Assembly: GCA_016748015.1 (NCBI GenBank)
Contig: JAAOMT010000129.1
Coordinates: forward strand, 1,193,650 to 1,257,649
Length of the DNA: 64,000 nt
Direction of reading: 5' to 3'
From: Geosiphon pyriformis uo1
Taxonomy: Eukaryota; Fungi; Glomeromycota
Numbering within the stretch: the stretch's first letter is position 1; each line of letters begins with the position of its first letter. The notes under the pieces are model-generated. The model did not search any database and was not told the origin of the DNA. It saw only the letters and a program-made list of their open reading frames with translations. Positions 11,400 to 22,800 of this stretch are shown here, one piece after another. A program made the translations under genes and the position numbers.

Positions 11400-12733
11400 A
11401 ATCAAGGCTCCATCAAGCAATGCCCATTTTCATCTCTGCTCATTACACGCAATTCTGGCAGTATCTGATGCTTTTATATTACCATACGAGGTACAATTCT
11501 TGGATGTATAAACCTCATTTAGATGACAACACGTCGTAACTTCCCGGCCTTGACGATCAGCGGTTGACGTAAACGGTAATGTGCCCAGCAGAGCATTTTC
11601 CAAACAATCTTTCGTGTATTTTTCTCGCCTTACAATTCACCTTGTCAGAAATTTCAAATAGCGGGATAACGATTGCGTCAAACTCGCGAGTTAAGAAACG
11701 ATTGCCTTTCGGTGGATTTCTAGGCCCTACATTCTTACGTTTTGAAGTAAGGGGCAATACCACGTATAGGATGTGTTAACGCCAGGATCCATAAAGAATG
11801 CATAAATGGATTTGTCCGCATGGCTGTCTTTGCATTTCATAAACCCAGGAAAATGTACATTCGTTGGTTTGTTGAGAATATACGAGTTTACCATCACATG
11901 TAATCTTGTGAGGATAATCCCACTTAATTTCGAAGGGTAAAGGCCATAGCACGCGTTTATCCTTATTATGATAAAAACTAAAATTTAGTTTAAGAATATT
12001 TTTAAGAAACTAAAATCCTTATCTTGCTTCGATATGCATTGAAGCAGTGTCATTATACGAGACATAAAAACGATTCCACGATGATGGACAAAAATCGTGG
12101 GCCTTAATTGTAACAGTCGGACAATGTATATGACTGAAAAGAAAATGATGTACGGCCCACCTTGTTGTCGCTGTATATTACTTTTAACAATTTCGTCTCG
12201 AGCTTTGAACGCCTGATCAATGGCTTCATCCGTGATATTAGCAGGAATTCAAGGAACCTTGTAAGAGCATATCGAGACGGACAACGGCTCTAGAAAACTT
12301 TCTTTCGCCCAGATACGAAATACCGCTTCTGAGGTGGTCGGGATGCAACTTAATCAGCAACGTGCGGTTGAGAGTTTCTCCCTGGTTTCATCTTGCGGTT
12401 TTTGCTTGTTCTGGTGCTTTTCTGTATTTAATTTCCTTGAGAGAATTTTCTTTTACTGGTTTGACCGCTGGTGTATCTTGGGAAAGTTCTTGTTCATCAA
12501 AGAGAACCACCAGTTTTGCAGAATGGAGGGAGGAGTATTGTATGAGATCGAAGGAAAAGCGGTAGAGACGCGATGGGTAACCACTTCAAAGACCCAAGTC
12601 CCCGGTCGTTTGAAGTTGACATTTGAACTGATATCGCTAAGGGAGGAGGGCTGCCGAGATCCTCGTTTTGCTTAACCCTGGAGATATGGACGGAGAAAAG
12701 TTCCAATCAGCTCCGGTACGTGTAACAAAGCAT
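11400..12733 (-). pseudogene. IS607-type TnpB / Fanzor2-like RNA-guided RuvC nuclease pseudogene with a probable intron
   Basis: Motifs in the expected order across frameshifts: KWLP (12575-12586), QNWWFS (12501-12518), RTLLIKLHP (12340-12366), IPANITDEAIDQAFKAR (about 12198-12248), ITCDGKLVY, RuvC-I MDPGVNTSYTWYCP (DPG 11781-11789), EIHRKA/FLTREFDAIVIPLFE (RuvC-II E 11653-11655), MLCWAHYRLRQPL (11558-11596), NEVYTSKNC (11493-11519), CQNC, RuvC-III SRDENG (RDENG 11423-11437), ALLDGA. Confidence 0.85.
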
Positions 12734-12837
12734 ATGATCTTAATTTTGTGATACAAGCCATCACAAAAATACACGAATGTGGCGTGACTTTTTTCCCCTA
12801 ACTACATAATTCTAAAATTTTACCCTCTTTGCAAGCT

Positions 12838-15045
12838 ATGGCATCTGCCACTTCTCGTAACCCTGGTGGACACACTAACATTTCAGTAGCTGGTAGCTCG
12901 TCAACTGCTGGGAAAAAGCGTCATGCAGGAGAATCAGTGCCGATTATCCAATCGGTTAGGTAAGAAATGTCATTGCGAATTCGGTGAAACCGGTCAAATT
13001 AATGAATTTTTATCAATTTTTATCATAGGAAAAAGCGACCTGGAATCATTGATCGCAACATTCCTAGCGGGGTATTGTTGTTTTTAACATATCTGTGGGT
13101 GAGTGGAATCTAATAGCAACATTCAGTTAAATTTCTGTCAATTTACTTGCAGATCGAGGGGATAGTACCGGAATCAAGACTTTATGCGGACCTTCAACAT
13201 TTTGAAAGATTGCTTGACGCCACCATCATAAGAAAAAGACTAGAGAATCATGAAGCTATGAGCACTAAGCCAATGAAGGTATTCGATCGCATCTGTTTAC
13301 ATTCAAGTAAATGCGATAGTCTGATATTTACATCATACGAGTTTCCCTCGCCTTGCCAAAATATTGAATAGACAAAGCGTATTCTCCGAGTTTTTATCTC
13401 GAATTCCGCGGCAAACCAACATGTTCCTGATACGAATGAACCCGATCTTGATTATCAGACTGGAAATATTCCATCTTGGACTTTAAGAATTGAAGGTCGA
13501 TTGTTGGATGTAAGAATTCATCACGTTTTCCTTTTTGATTATTTTCAAAGATTAATATTTGTGTATTTTTTTCATAATATCAATAGCCTCCGTATGCAGC
13601 CCCTAAAGGAAGATCAAGCTCTCGAAAGTTTTCTTTTTTTTTAAAATCAGTTTTGGTTGAGCTGGATCGTGATCCAGAATTATTCCCAGAAGGGAATACA
13701 ATGGAGGTTAGATTTAAAAAGAACTTCCAAAAAATTCATATCTACCACACCTAAAGGTAAATTTTGCTTTAGTGGACCCGAACTTCAAACACGCAAGAAT
13801 GCGATGGATTTGAGATCAAAAGAAAAGGAGACCAAAACGTCAAAGCAAGAATATTTCTTACCTTGGACAATCGGCCGGAAAAGTACAAATTGAGTCCCGC
13901 TTTTGCAAATTTGTTGGATATACAAGAGGAAACTAGGTCTGGAATTATTCGGGCTTTGTGGCAGTATGTCAAGGTTTGAAACTCATTTTTTACCAAAAGG
14001 ACGTTGTACCAATATGATTGAAGTTTCTTTTTGAATAGTATCACAAATTGCAAGATAGTGAGAATCAACGAATAATCAATTGTGATGCACCCCTTCAAGC
14101 GGCAAGTAAATTATCATTGCTATTATTAGTATTATCATTATTTCCTTACAAGCATTTTAATAACCCATGAATAGTATATTCCTATAGCTGTTTCATAAAG
14201 ATAAGATATCTTTTCCTGAACTTCCAGAATTACTGAACCCATTAGTTGACCCTGTTGATCCTATCCAAATCGATTACACAATTCGGTAAATATCCCTGCT
14301 TATAGTGGTTTCTTTTGAAACGAGCATCAGTCGTGTTTAAAACATTCATTTGTTTTTATGTCTATCCGATTTGCTTAAAATCCAAATATTAAAATTTTTC
14401 TCGCATATTTGCAGCGTTGACAAAACCTTTCATGCCTCTAAATACGCGTACGATATTGAAGTTGAAGTCGATGATGTTATGAGACAAAGAATGGCAATCG
14501 CCAATGCCAATACTGCACAAAACAAAGAGGTTCAGGCCTTAGATGAAAAGGTTAGTTACATCTTTGAACTTAAATCTGAAATCAATTCTACGGCTCATTC
14601 TCTCTGTTCCAGATCGTCCAGTGTATACAAAGTATCAATAATTCGAAGATCAAGCGTGATTTCTTGCTTCAGTTTACTCAATCGCCGGTTGACTTTATAC
14701 AAAAATGGGTTGCTAGCCAAAGCCGTGATCTAGAGGTTGCTATTAGATTTTTTTCAAAATAAAAAACGCTATGCTAATAATAGTCTATTCTATTTAGGTA
14801 ATTCTAGGCGAATCACGTTTCAACCTAGAGGAACAACGCCAAGCTGATTTCTATAAGCAACCATGGGCGAGTGGCGCTACTTTTCAATACATCGCTGCTA
14901 AGGCACGTTTTCGTCTTGATATTGTACTTTTCCTCGCTTTTTGCATTATCTTGTACATTTTTAATCAATTTCTCAAAATTGGTAGACTCAGCGACGAATG
15001 CAAGAGCTTCTAAGAAGTGGCGCTGCCAACAACCCTATAGTTTAG
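12838..15045 (+). CDS. SNF12: SWI/SNF complex 60-kDa subunit (BAF60/SMARCD, Snf12/Ssr3-like, SWIB domain), multi-exon
   Basis: IVPESRLYADLQHFERLLDATIIRKR; KRILRVFISN; PSWTLRIEGRLLD; DGFEIKRKGD; ALWQYV; INCDAPLQA/LFHKDKISFPELP; YDIEVE; KRDFLLQF; SQSRDLE; EEQRQADFYKQPW. Confidence 0.92.
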
Positions 15046-15989
15046 GCTACAAAACCATAGCATGTCAGTGAGGCGATATGTGGACAAATGCACTTTTGAA
15101 AATACCGTCATTGAAAAATCTTCTATCGGTTGCTTTCGGACAAGATTTTTATGGAAATGGGTTGGTTAGAGATCTGAGAGAGCTGAAAAAACATTACTAT
15201 TTGATTACGTGCACACTTAATGTGGATAAATTTAAGATGAGGTTTCCTTTTAGATTATAAAACAAAACATTTGTGAAATATTAAACTTTATTGTTGGGTT
15301 TAAAATAATTATTATTTTACCATTGATATTTGAACAAGGATGAAATTTTCAGCTACACCTGATTTTTTACAACATTTATTGTTTTGCATTGTTGAAATTC
15401 TTGTTATAGATAAGAAAATTGCAGTTTAATATTATAAGCTTATTAAATTTAACATTAATTTTTTAAAATTTTAGAATTTTGCATAAAAATAATTTTTATG
15501 TTTAATATTAAAACATAATTGTAGTTTCTTATTTTTTAGTTCAAACTTATTCAATTTACATAAAACAATATAATTATTTTTTACATTGATATTTGTTTAA
15601 ATAATAAAAATTTACTTATATATATTTTAAAATTTTATTATTATTATTATTATTTATTATAATATATATGTTTTAAAGCAGATACACATAAAAGTTATTC
15701 GGGTTAAAATTACTTTAAGTTAAATTAAAATTCAAAAATAATATTTTGTATTTAATTATTAAATAATATTAACATAAATAAATTATTTAATTCAACTCTG
15801 ATTTTTTTATTAAATTTTAGCATGATAAATTGTATTATAATTTAAAAAAAAATTTATTATATATTTTATTATTATTAAAAAAACTTATATTATATTTTGT
15901 TTAAAATTTAACCAAATTTTTTATTAAATTAATAATTAATTATTCTAAACATTAATCTAAACTTTTATAAAAAACTTTATTTTAATAAA

Positions 15990-18050
15990 ATTTTTTTTTT
16001 CCACTTTTATTGAGTGAAGTCCAACTGCTATCTAGTACATAGAGCCAAACTAAGTGACCCAAATTAAATGCAATTTACACATTTACTACATATGGCTAGC
16101 CACTCAAGCCAGTCAAGGCAACACTACACACCTATATTGACACTAATAACACCACTTAGACCAGAAAAAAAACAGCATGGCAAATGATGACCAAAGCTAA
16201 CAGCAAATGATTTAACCACACCAAGCATTCTAACCACTCCACTTGACAATATAAAAGAAGCATCACAAAACAGACCAGAAACAACCCCATCATCAGCAAC
16301 CAAACCAGCCTTCTCTATTTACACTCTGTATTCAGATCTTACCAATCATGCCTTCACACAATGTAAATTAGCTACAAACTTAACAAAACTAACAACCTCA
16401 TCAATGGTCTGCTTCTTATTCTCAAATACACCCTGAGCTTCCTCATATCATTCATCTAGCACAAAGTCCTTATACACAATAGAATACAAACCTACATCCA
16501 GAAAACAGGCAGACAATGTCCGCAAAACAGCTGAAAATGACAAATCACAAAGACCCACCACCAACACCCAATAAACAGAAGTCTCAACCAGAACCTTATC
16601 ATGAATAACAACATCCTGAAGGCACGTTGTTACTGGAGGTTTTTGGTCTCTTTTCTTAAATGTTGTTGATGTTGATTTGTTGTGAATTCACATTTTCAGG
16701 AAGAAGTTGAACCTCCAGTAACTGAATTTATCTTCAAATTATCTCCTATAATTTAAACTGCTGGGCTTATAAGTGGAATAGCCAATTTTGTGCCAGTTAC
16801 TTTGTATAATTACATTGTAATAAAACATCAACTCTTTCCCAGAAATTGCTCATCTGGAAGCTCACTAAAAATGTGTAATTACTTTGCTGTGAAAGTCAAC
16901 TCTTCTACAGGAATTCTTGTCTGTAGACTACCAAAATGATTTATAATAAGAAAAAAAAGAGAATAAAAGAAATGTAAAAAAAAAAGTAAAACTGATGATT
17001 TATGAAAGTCATTTCGGATCCAGGCCTAGAAATGCTTTAACAGTCTACTGAAATTGATAGCTAATCAATTTCAAACTGTTAGTAGGAATTGGTTAATTCC
17101 AAGGGAAATAATTAAGAATTTGGTTTTTTGAATTTATTTGATATTTATTTTGTTTTTGTGTGTAAAGGCTGATTCTAATTATTAAATCTGAAGTAAGATA
17201 CATTTTCTCGAAGAGAAAAGCTTTTCTTTTATACAACTTGTCGTAACATTATTCTATGAACTTAAACTTTGCTATTTTCTATAATTTCGCTAAACTAAAG
17301 ATACATTTCGGTGAACTACAAGTTATTTCTGCAAACTATTAGATATTTTGGCAAACTATCAATTATTTCGGTGAATTTCTTACAAATTTCAGCAAACTTT
17401 TTGAATGTTACATAGTTCGGGGTATTGCATGATTGATCATTACAATTAGGTTATATTTGTGTTATGTACAAATTGGATTATTAATTAAATGATAATTTCA
17501 GATATTTTGCTAATGTAATAAGTGATAATTTGAAACGATAATATATGCTAATTAATGATAAGATTTATAAGAGTAATTTCATGCTAAACAATATCTCTAA
17601 TTTTGTCTGGTAACAACGTAAAGGCATGGTCAGAAAATTCCACTCCACTACACAGCAGGCACAATATGCCAGGATAACCTCTATCATACAGTTTTTTCTG
17701 AACAGCTACCAGAAGGCGCTTGTGCACAGCTTTCATCAAATATGAGCACAAATTCAAAGTTTTCCAACCAGTGAATTCAGTAAGCATATGAGAGTCTGGA
17801 TGCCAAACCTTTGTGGTAGAAATCCAGTCTACACACCCAACAAGGTCAACAGGTATCACACTCATACCAGGCCCAGCCTCCTAGTAAGCATGATTAATAG
17901 ATCAAAAAATGTCCCTTACAAAGTGGCAGGCATTATCAGAGATTGCCGTTTTTTCAGCCACCAAATAATGTTCATGAACCCCAGTCAACAAAGAAAAGAG
18001 AGATTGAGCAGCATCTCCAGCCACCAAATCAGCCTTGACATTACCCAAAA
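15990..18050 (-). mobile_element. 5'-truncated LINE (copy D: end of RNase H, CCHC finger, 3' UTR, poly-A), interrupted by a solo LTR
   Basis: T-run at about 15990-16000. Minus-strand ILGNVKADLVA..VWHPDSHM..MKAVHKRL..CLLCSGVEFSDHAFT, continuing on the other side of the LTR. Confidence 0.9.
16628..17615 (-). mobile_element. Solo LTR (988 bp) of the Gypsy family at 25.7-35.6 kb; 4-bp TSD ACGT
   Basis: TGTTAC...GTAACA termini; reverse-complement homologue of the 981-bp LTRs; ACGT at 16624-16627 and 17616-17619. Confidence 0.95.
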
Positions 18051-18946
18051 TACTTTAATAATAATATTAAAAATATTTTTAGCATTTAATAAAAAACAAT
18101 TATAATTATTAAAAATTTAATAAATTTAATAATAAACTTTATAAAAAAATAAATAATTTATCAACTTAAATTTCAAAAAATTTAGTTTAAAATTTAATAA
18201 TATAAAAAACAACAGTTTTATTATAAATATTAAACAAATAATACAATTTAAAAAAATCTTAAATATAATAAAAAACTTGAAAAAAGCTTTTATAAACCAA
18301 AAAAACAGATTATAATTAACAACTAAATAATTTAAACTTTAATTTTTATAATAATATTAATATTTAAAAGTTTTATTATTAAACACAATTTTTTTTTAAA
18401 CATATATTTATAGAATTTATAAGTGTTTTTTAATTTATGTACTTATATTATAAAAATAGTTTATTAAAAATAGTTTATTGTTATTAAAAAACATGATTAA
18501 ATTAACAAGTTAATAAATAACAAAAAAAAACAATATTATATAACAATAAAATAATTAAAAAAACAATTTAACTTTAATAAATAAATTGAGTTAGTAATAA
18601 TTTAATATATAAAATCTATCTTATAAATATTTTAGTTGTTATTCTTTTTAAAAAGTAACAAAAAAATCTGAAAATCTGAAAATAATTTATATTATTAACA
18701 AAAAACAATATATTAATATAATTTTATACTTTATATTAATACTTTTAGAATTTAATATTAAGTATTAGTTATATTTTTAATAAATATTTATTCAATATAC
18801 TTTATAAAAACTAACAATTATACAAATAAAAAAATTAATATTATTGTATTAATCTAAATATAATTTAAATATAAATATTTTTTTTATGGTTTTGAAATAT
18901 TTTGTTTATATGATTATATTAATAATTATATTAATAATTTAGTTGA

Positions 18947-19878
18947 TTTTTTTTAATAAGTACAGTTTAACTACTATTTAGTATACAAAAACAAACTAAA
19001 TAACTTTAATCAAATATGGTTCACACTCTTATTATATGTAACCAACCACTTGAATTAACTAAAACTATATTATGCATCTATATATATTTTTGTATTATTA
19101 CAAATATCTAAAAAAAATAAACAAGCTCTTTACAAACCAAAACTCACAGCAAATAACTCTATAATACCAAGAAAACAAATAATATTTGCTAACAAACAAC
19201 TAGACACATGATTAGAAAGAACAGAGACCACTCTTATATCACTAATTAGACTATTTTTTTTTATATCTATCCTGAATTTTACTTTAAACAACTATAGTTT
19301 ACTCCAATGTTTTTCAGTTAGACATTAAGCAAAATTAACTATCACTAAAACAGCTCTTTTTTTATCACCAAAAATTATAACTATCCTATTTATTTAATCT
19401 TTATAAACAAAATTTTTACATAAAACTACATAAATATTAATATTAAACATTTCAGAAAGGAGAATACACAGTACTGAAAATAATAATGGAGAGCATCCAG
19501 CTACCAAAAACTTCCACAAATTAATATAATCTAACAAAATTTCAGAACGTGTTTTTGTCTTCTTTGAGCAAGTAAAAACATAATTAAATAATTCTATATT
19601 ACTACACATCAAGCATAATATTTCAGAGTAGTTTTTGTAATAAAGTTTTTTTCTAATAGTAATAGACAGTTTTTTGTAAACACTTTTATCAAATATGTAT
19701 AAAGAGTAATTAAAACCTTATTTGTGAACTCTAAAAGCATATACAAGTCTGAATGCTAAACTGCTATCATACTAGTCTAATTTATATTATTAATTATAGC
19801 TTCTTTTATTATCTCAACACTTAAGCCAGTTTTTTATTAAGCATGATAAACAGTTCTATAAATATTCTAAACATTTAG
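18947..19878 (-). mobile_element. Heavily AT-eroded LINE 3' fragment (copy E)
   Basis: Minus-strand NYVFTCSK..EILLDYINLWK..IYVVLCKNFVYKD aligns with the ORF2 C-terminus of the other copies. Relic 3' UTR (TCAAGTGGTTGGTTACATATA) and T-run present. Possible TSD TTAATAATTATATTAAT at 18919-18935 and 19879-19895. Confidence 0.7.
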
Positions 19879-22800
19879 TTAATAATTATATTAATGACTA
19901 ATTTTAAAAATAAGATAGTTAATTAAGAATTTTAATAATTAATATATATAACTAATTATGACTAAATAAATAAATAAAAGCTAAAAAGTAAAAAAATTTA
20001 ACTACAACAATATAATAAAATTTATCTTAATATTATGTATTTGTTTTATAAAAAAATAAAGTTTTTTAATTATATATTATATATATTTTTAAGAATTAGA
20101 AAAACAAAAAATAAAACAAAAAAAAACTTCTTTTTTTTCTTTGTCTAAATTTCCCAAAGAGCAAATTTTGAAAAAAAATTTTTGTTTTTTATCTCACTTG
20201 TTATATTACTTTCAATATTTTTCAAGCTAATAATCTCTTTGTAGTGAACCTGGAGACTGCTTCAAATAGCAGTATGTTTAAGAAAAAAGCCCCAAAAGGT
20301 GCCCTTTATGGTCCTGTTAGTGGTACTTTCTCTCAGAAAAAGAAGGTTTTTGTTGACAATATAAAGCACTCTGAAGATGAAAGAGAAATTTTGTTGGTTA
20401 GACTTGGTATCAGTGAGAGCATGTATTCAGATATGGACAGTGAGTTCAATAACAATGAGGCTGGTGGCTTTGTGGTGGGCTCAAATGGTGGTTTTCTTCT
20501 TGGCTCAGCAGCTTCTACTTCCAAAGCTAGGAAAAGGAATAATGGTTTGATTAGTGGTTCTCCTGTTGGTATTATAGACTTTGAAATAAATGAAAAAGTG
20601 GGCTCTCTCCTTCCTTCCCTTAATTTTTCTCTTGACAAAAAGTGGATTGATTCTAAGATTGTGAAAACTCAGATTGAAGTGTTAGTTAAAAAATCTTTTG
20701 CTTTGGACATTAATCTATCAGCTATGGAAGAGAAATCAGCAACAGCCAAAACTTAATTTATTAGGAAATTATTTTCATTAGTCAATGATTTTGGGAGGGC
20801 CACTACCTCCTCAAAATTTGAAGGAATCATTCAATCTACCTTCACTTCTGAAAATAGCATGAAAATAGCTGTTTCATTAACCAGGGAAAAGAAGATCACT
20901 GTAAACAGTGATCTTAGGAGACAAGAAATAAGATCAGATTAGACTGTGGTGATTAAGAAAATTCTCATGGATACACCTAAAGATATGATTGTTGCTGCAG
21001 TATTTGAATTTGGAAAAATTAAGTCAATCAAAATCCAACTGATTAGAATATGGCAAAAAGCTGTAGTAGAGTTTGCTGAATTAGACCAAACTGATTTGTT
21101 GGCTTTTAAGTGGTCATTCCTGATTGGTAAAGATTCTGTGCACATAGTCAAAGCAGTAGAAGATCATAAGACTTGGGCATCAAAAGATTGGTTCAGAGCA
21201 CTTTTGTTTACTTTGCCAATGGAAATGATAGTATATGATCTTGGGACTCTTCTGGAAAGAGCTGGTAAGAAAACTTGTGTCATAAACAGATCTCTGGAGA
21301 CTGGTAATAGGATTTGCTATGCTGTGATTGGTTTTAAATCTAATGACAATCTGGAATCTGCCTTTTGCACGAAACCTATCTATGATGAAATAAAACTATC
21401 TTGGGCTAGAATAGATTTGGTTCATTATGAGAAATGTGGGTGTTTTGGGTATTCAACTCTTGAATGTGGTGTTTCAGAAGTATTTGTGCTGCTGTTACCT
21501 AAGAGATTATATAAAAAGATTGCTTCAGAGAAATTTCACTTTTGGCTCACTAAATTGTATGAGAAAAAAGATGTTCCAATCTCTTGTCCAGCTGCTTTTG
21601 GTGGCAAATTTGGGTCCAAGTGGTCTTGCTAGCTAATTCTTCTGGTGGTGCTTGCTTCAAGTCTGGTTTTAGTTCCTCTCCTCTTGGCATTTCACGTTTG
21701 GGTGACACTCTTTCTCCTACTTTAGCTAATAGCTCTGGCTTGAATGATTATTTGGTGGTCTTAGAATGCTCTTTGGAGCTTTTGTCAGATCAGGTTTTTG
21801 TGTTGTTGAAAAAGTTGAGCTTTGTGGAGTTGGTGTCTTTAACTGCATCCTCTTCTGCCCCCCCTCTGGTTGCTCCTGTTTTGTTAGTTTCTGTTCTGAA
21901 TTCAGATATGGTTTTAGACAGTGCATTGGTATTATTTATTTCCTCTCTCTCTGTTGGTTTGGACTTAATAGCTAATTTCAGCTTTAGTAGTTCTAAGGTC
22001 CTAACCACCAAAGTGAGTAAATTAGAATTCAAAATGATGGCTTTGGAGGCTTCAATTCATTCAGTTTTGAGAAGATTGGATCATTGGTGTTCTGGTTTGG
22101 ATTTGTTAACTCTCTTTTTGTCTCAATGATTGATTTAGTTTGGAAAATTGCTACATGTAATGCTCGGGACATAAACAATCCTGCAAAACAAGAAGATATT
22201 GTCCATTGACATAAGAATATAAGTAATTTGATTTTTATCATTACAGAAACTAAGTTGAAAAGTAGAGTCTATCCATGGATTACTAATAAGTTCAATGGTG
22301 TCCATGTTTTTACTTCTGGTTTAAATTCTGGATACTTGGATTCTGGTGTTGCCATTGTTATAAACTCTTCTTTGGCAAAACATATGTGTAAGGTTTCTGA
22401 GGTGCCTGGTCAGCTTTTATCCATTAGATTTCTTTTCAAAAATAAACTTTCTGTGTTAGTTTTGGGGCTTTATGCTGGTACTTTATCTGAAGTTCAGTTT
22501 TCACAGGCTGGTGAAATCAACTCTCTTATTACAAAGACTATTAACGAATCTTCTTTTATCATCTTTGGTGATAACTTCAATAAAGATGGTTCACAAAAAT
22601 GTGCTAGTTTTAAAAAGTGTATTGATTTGGGACTGGTCAATTCTTTGATAAGTAGTTCAGTTATGAATTGTCTTACATGGAAGAATTCAAAAGGTGTGGA
22701 AAAAACAATTGATTATGTATTGGTTTTATCAAATTTAGTTAATATGATAATGGATTGCAATATTATGAATGTTGAGAATCACTTTGACACTAATTATCAA

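Noticed and set aside
12334-12675. Plus-strand ORFs of 113 aa and 67 aa, and similar short antisense ORFs over the TEs
   Set aside because: Shadow frames of the Fanzor relic or TE genes, with no recognisable motifs.
12600-12840. IS607 TnpA serine recombinase upstream of the TnpB-like gene
   Set aside because: No YARVS-type motif, and no room before the BAF60 start.
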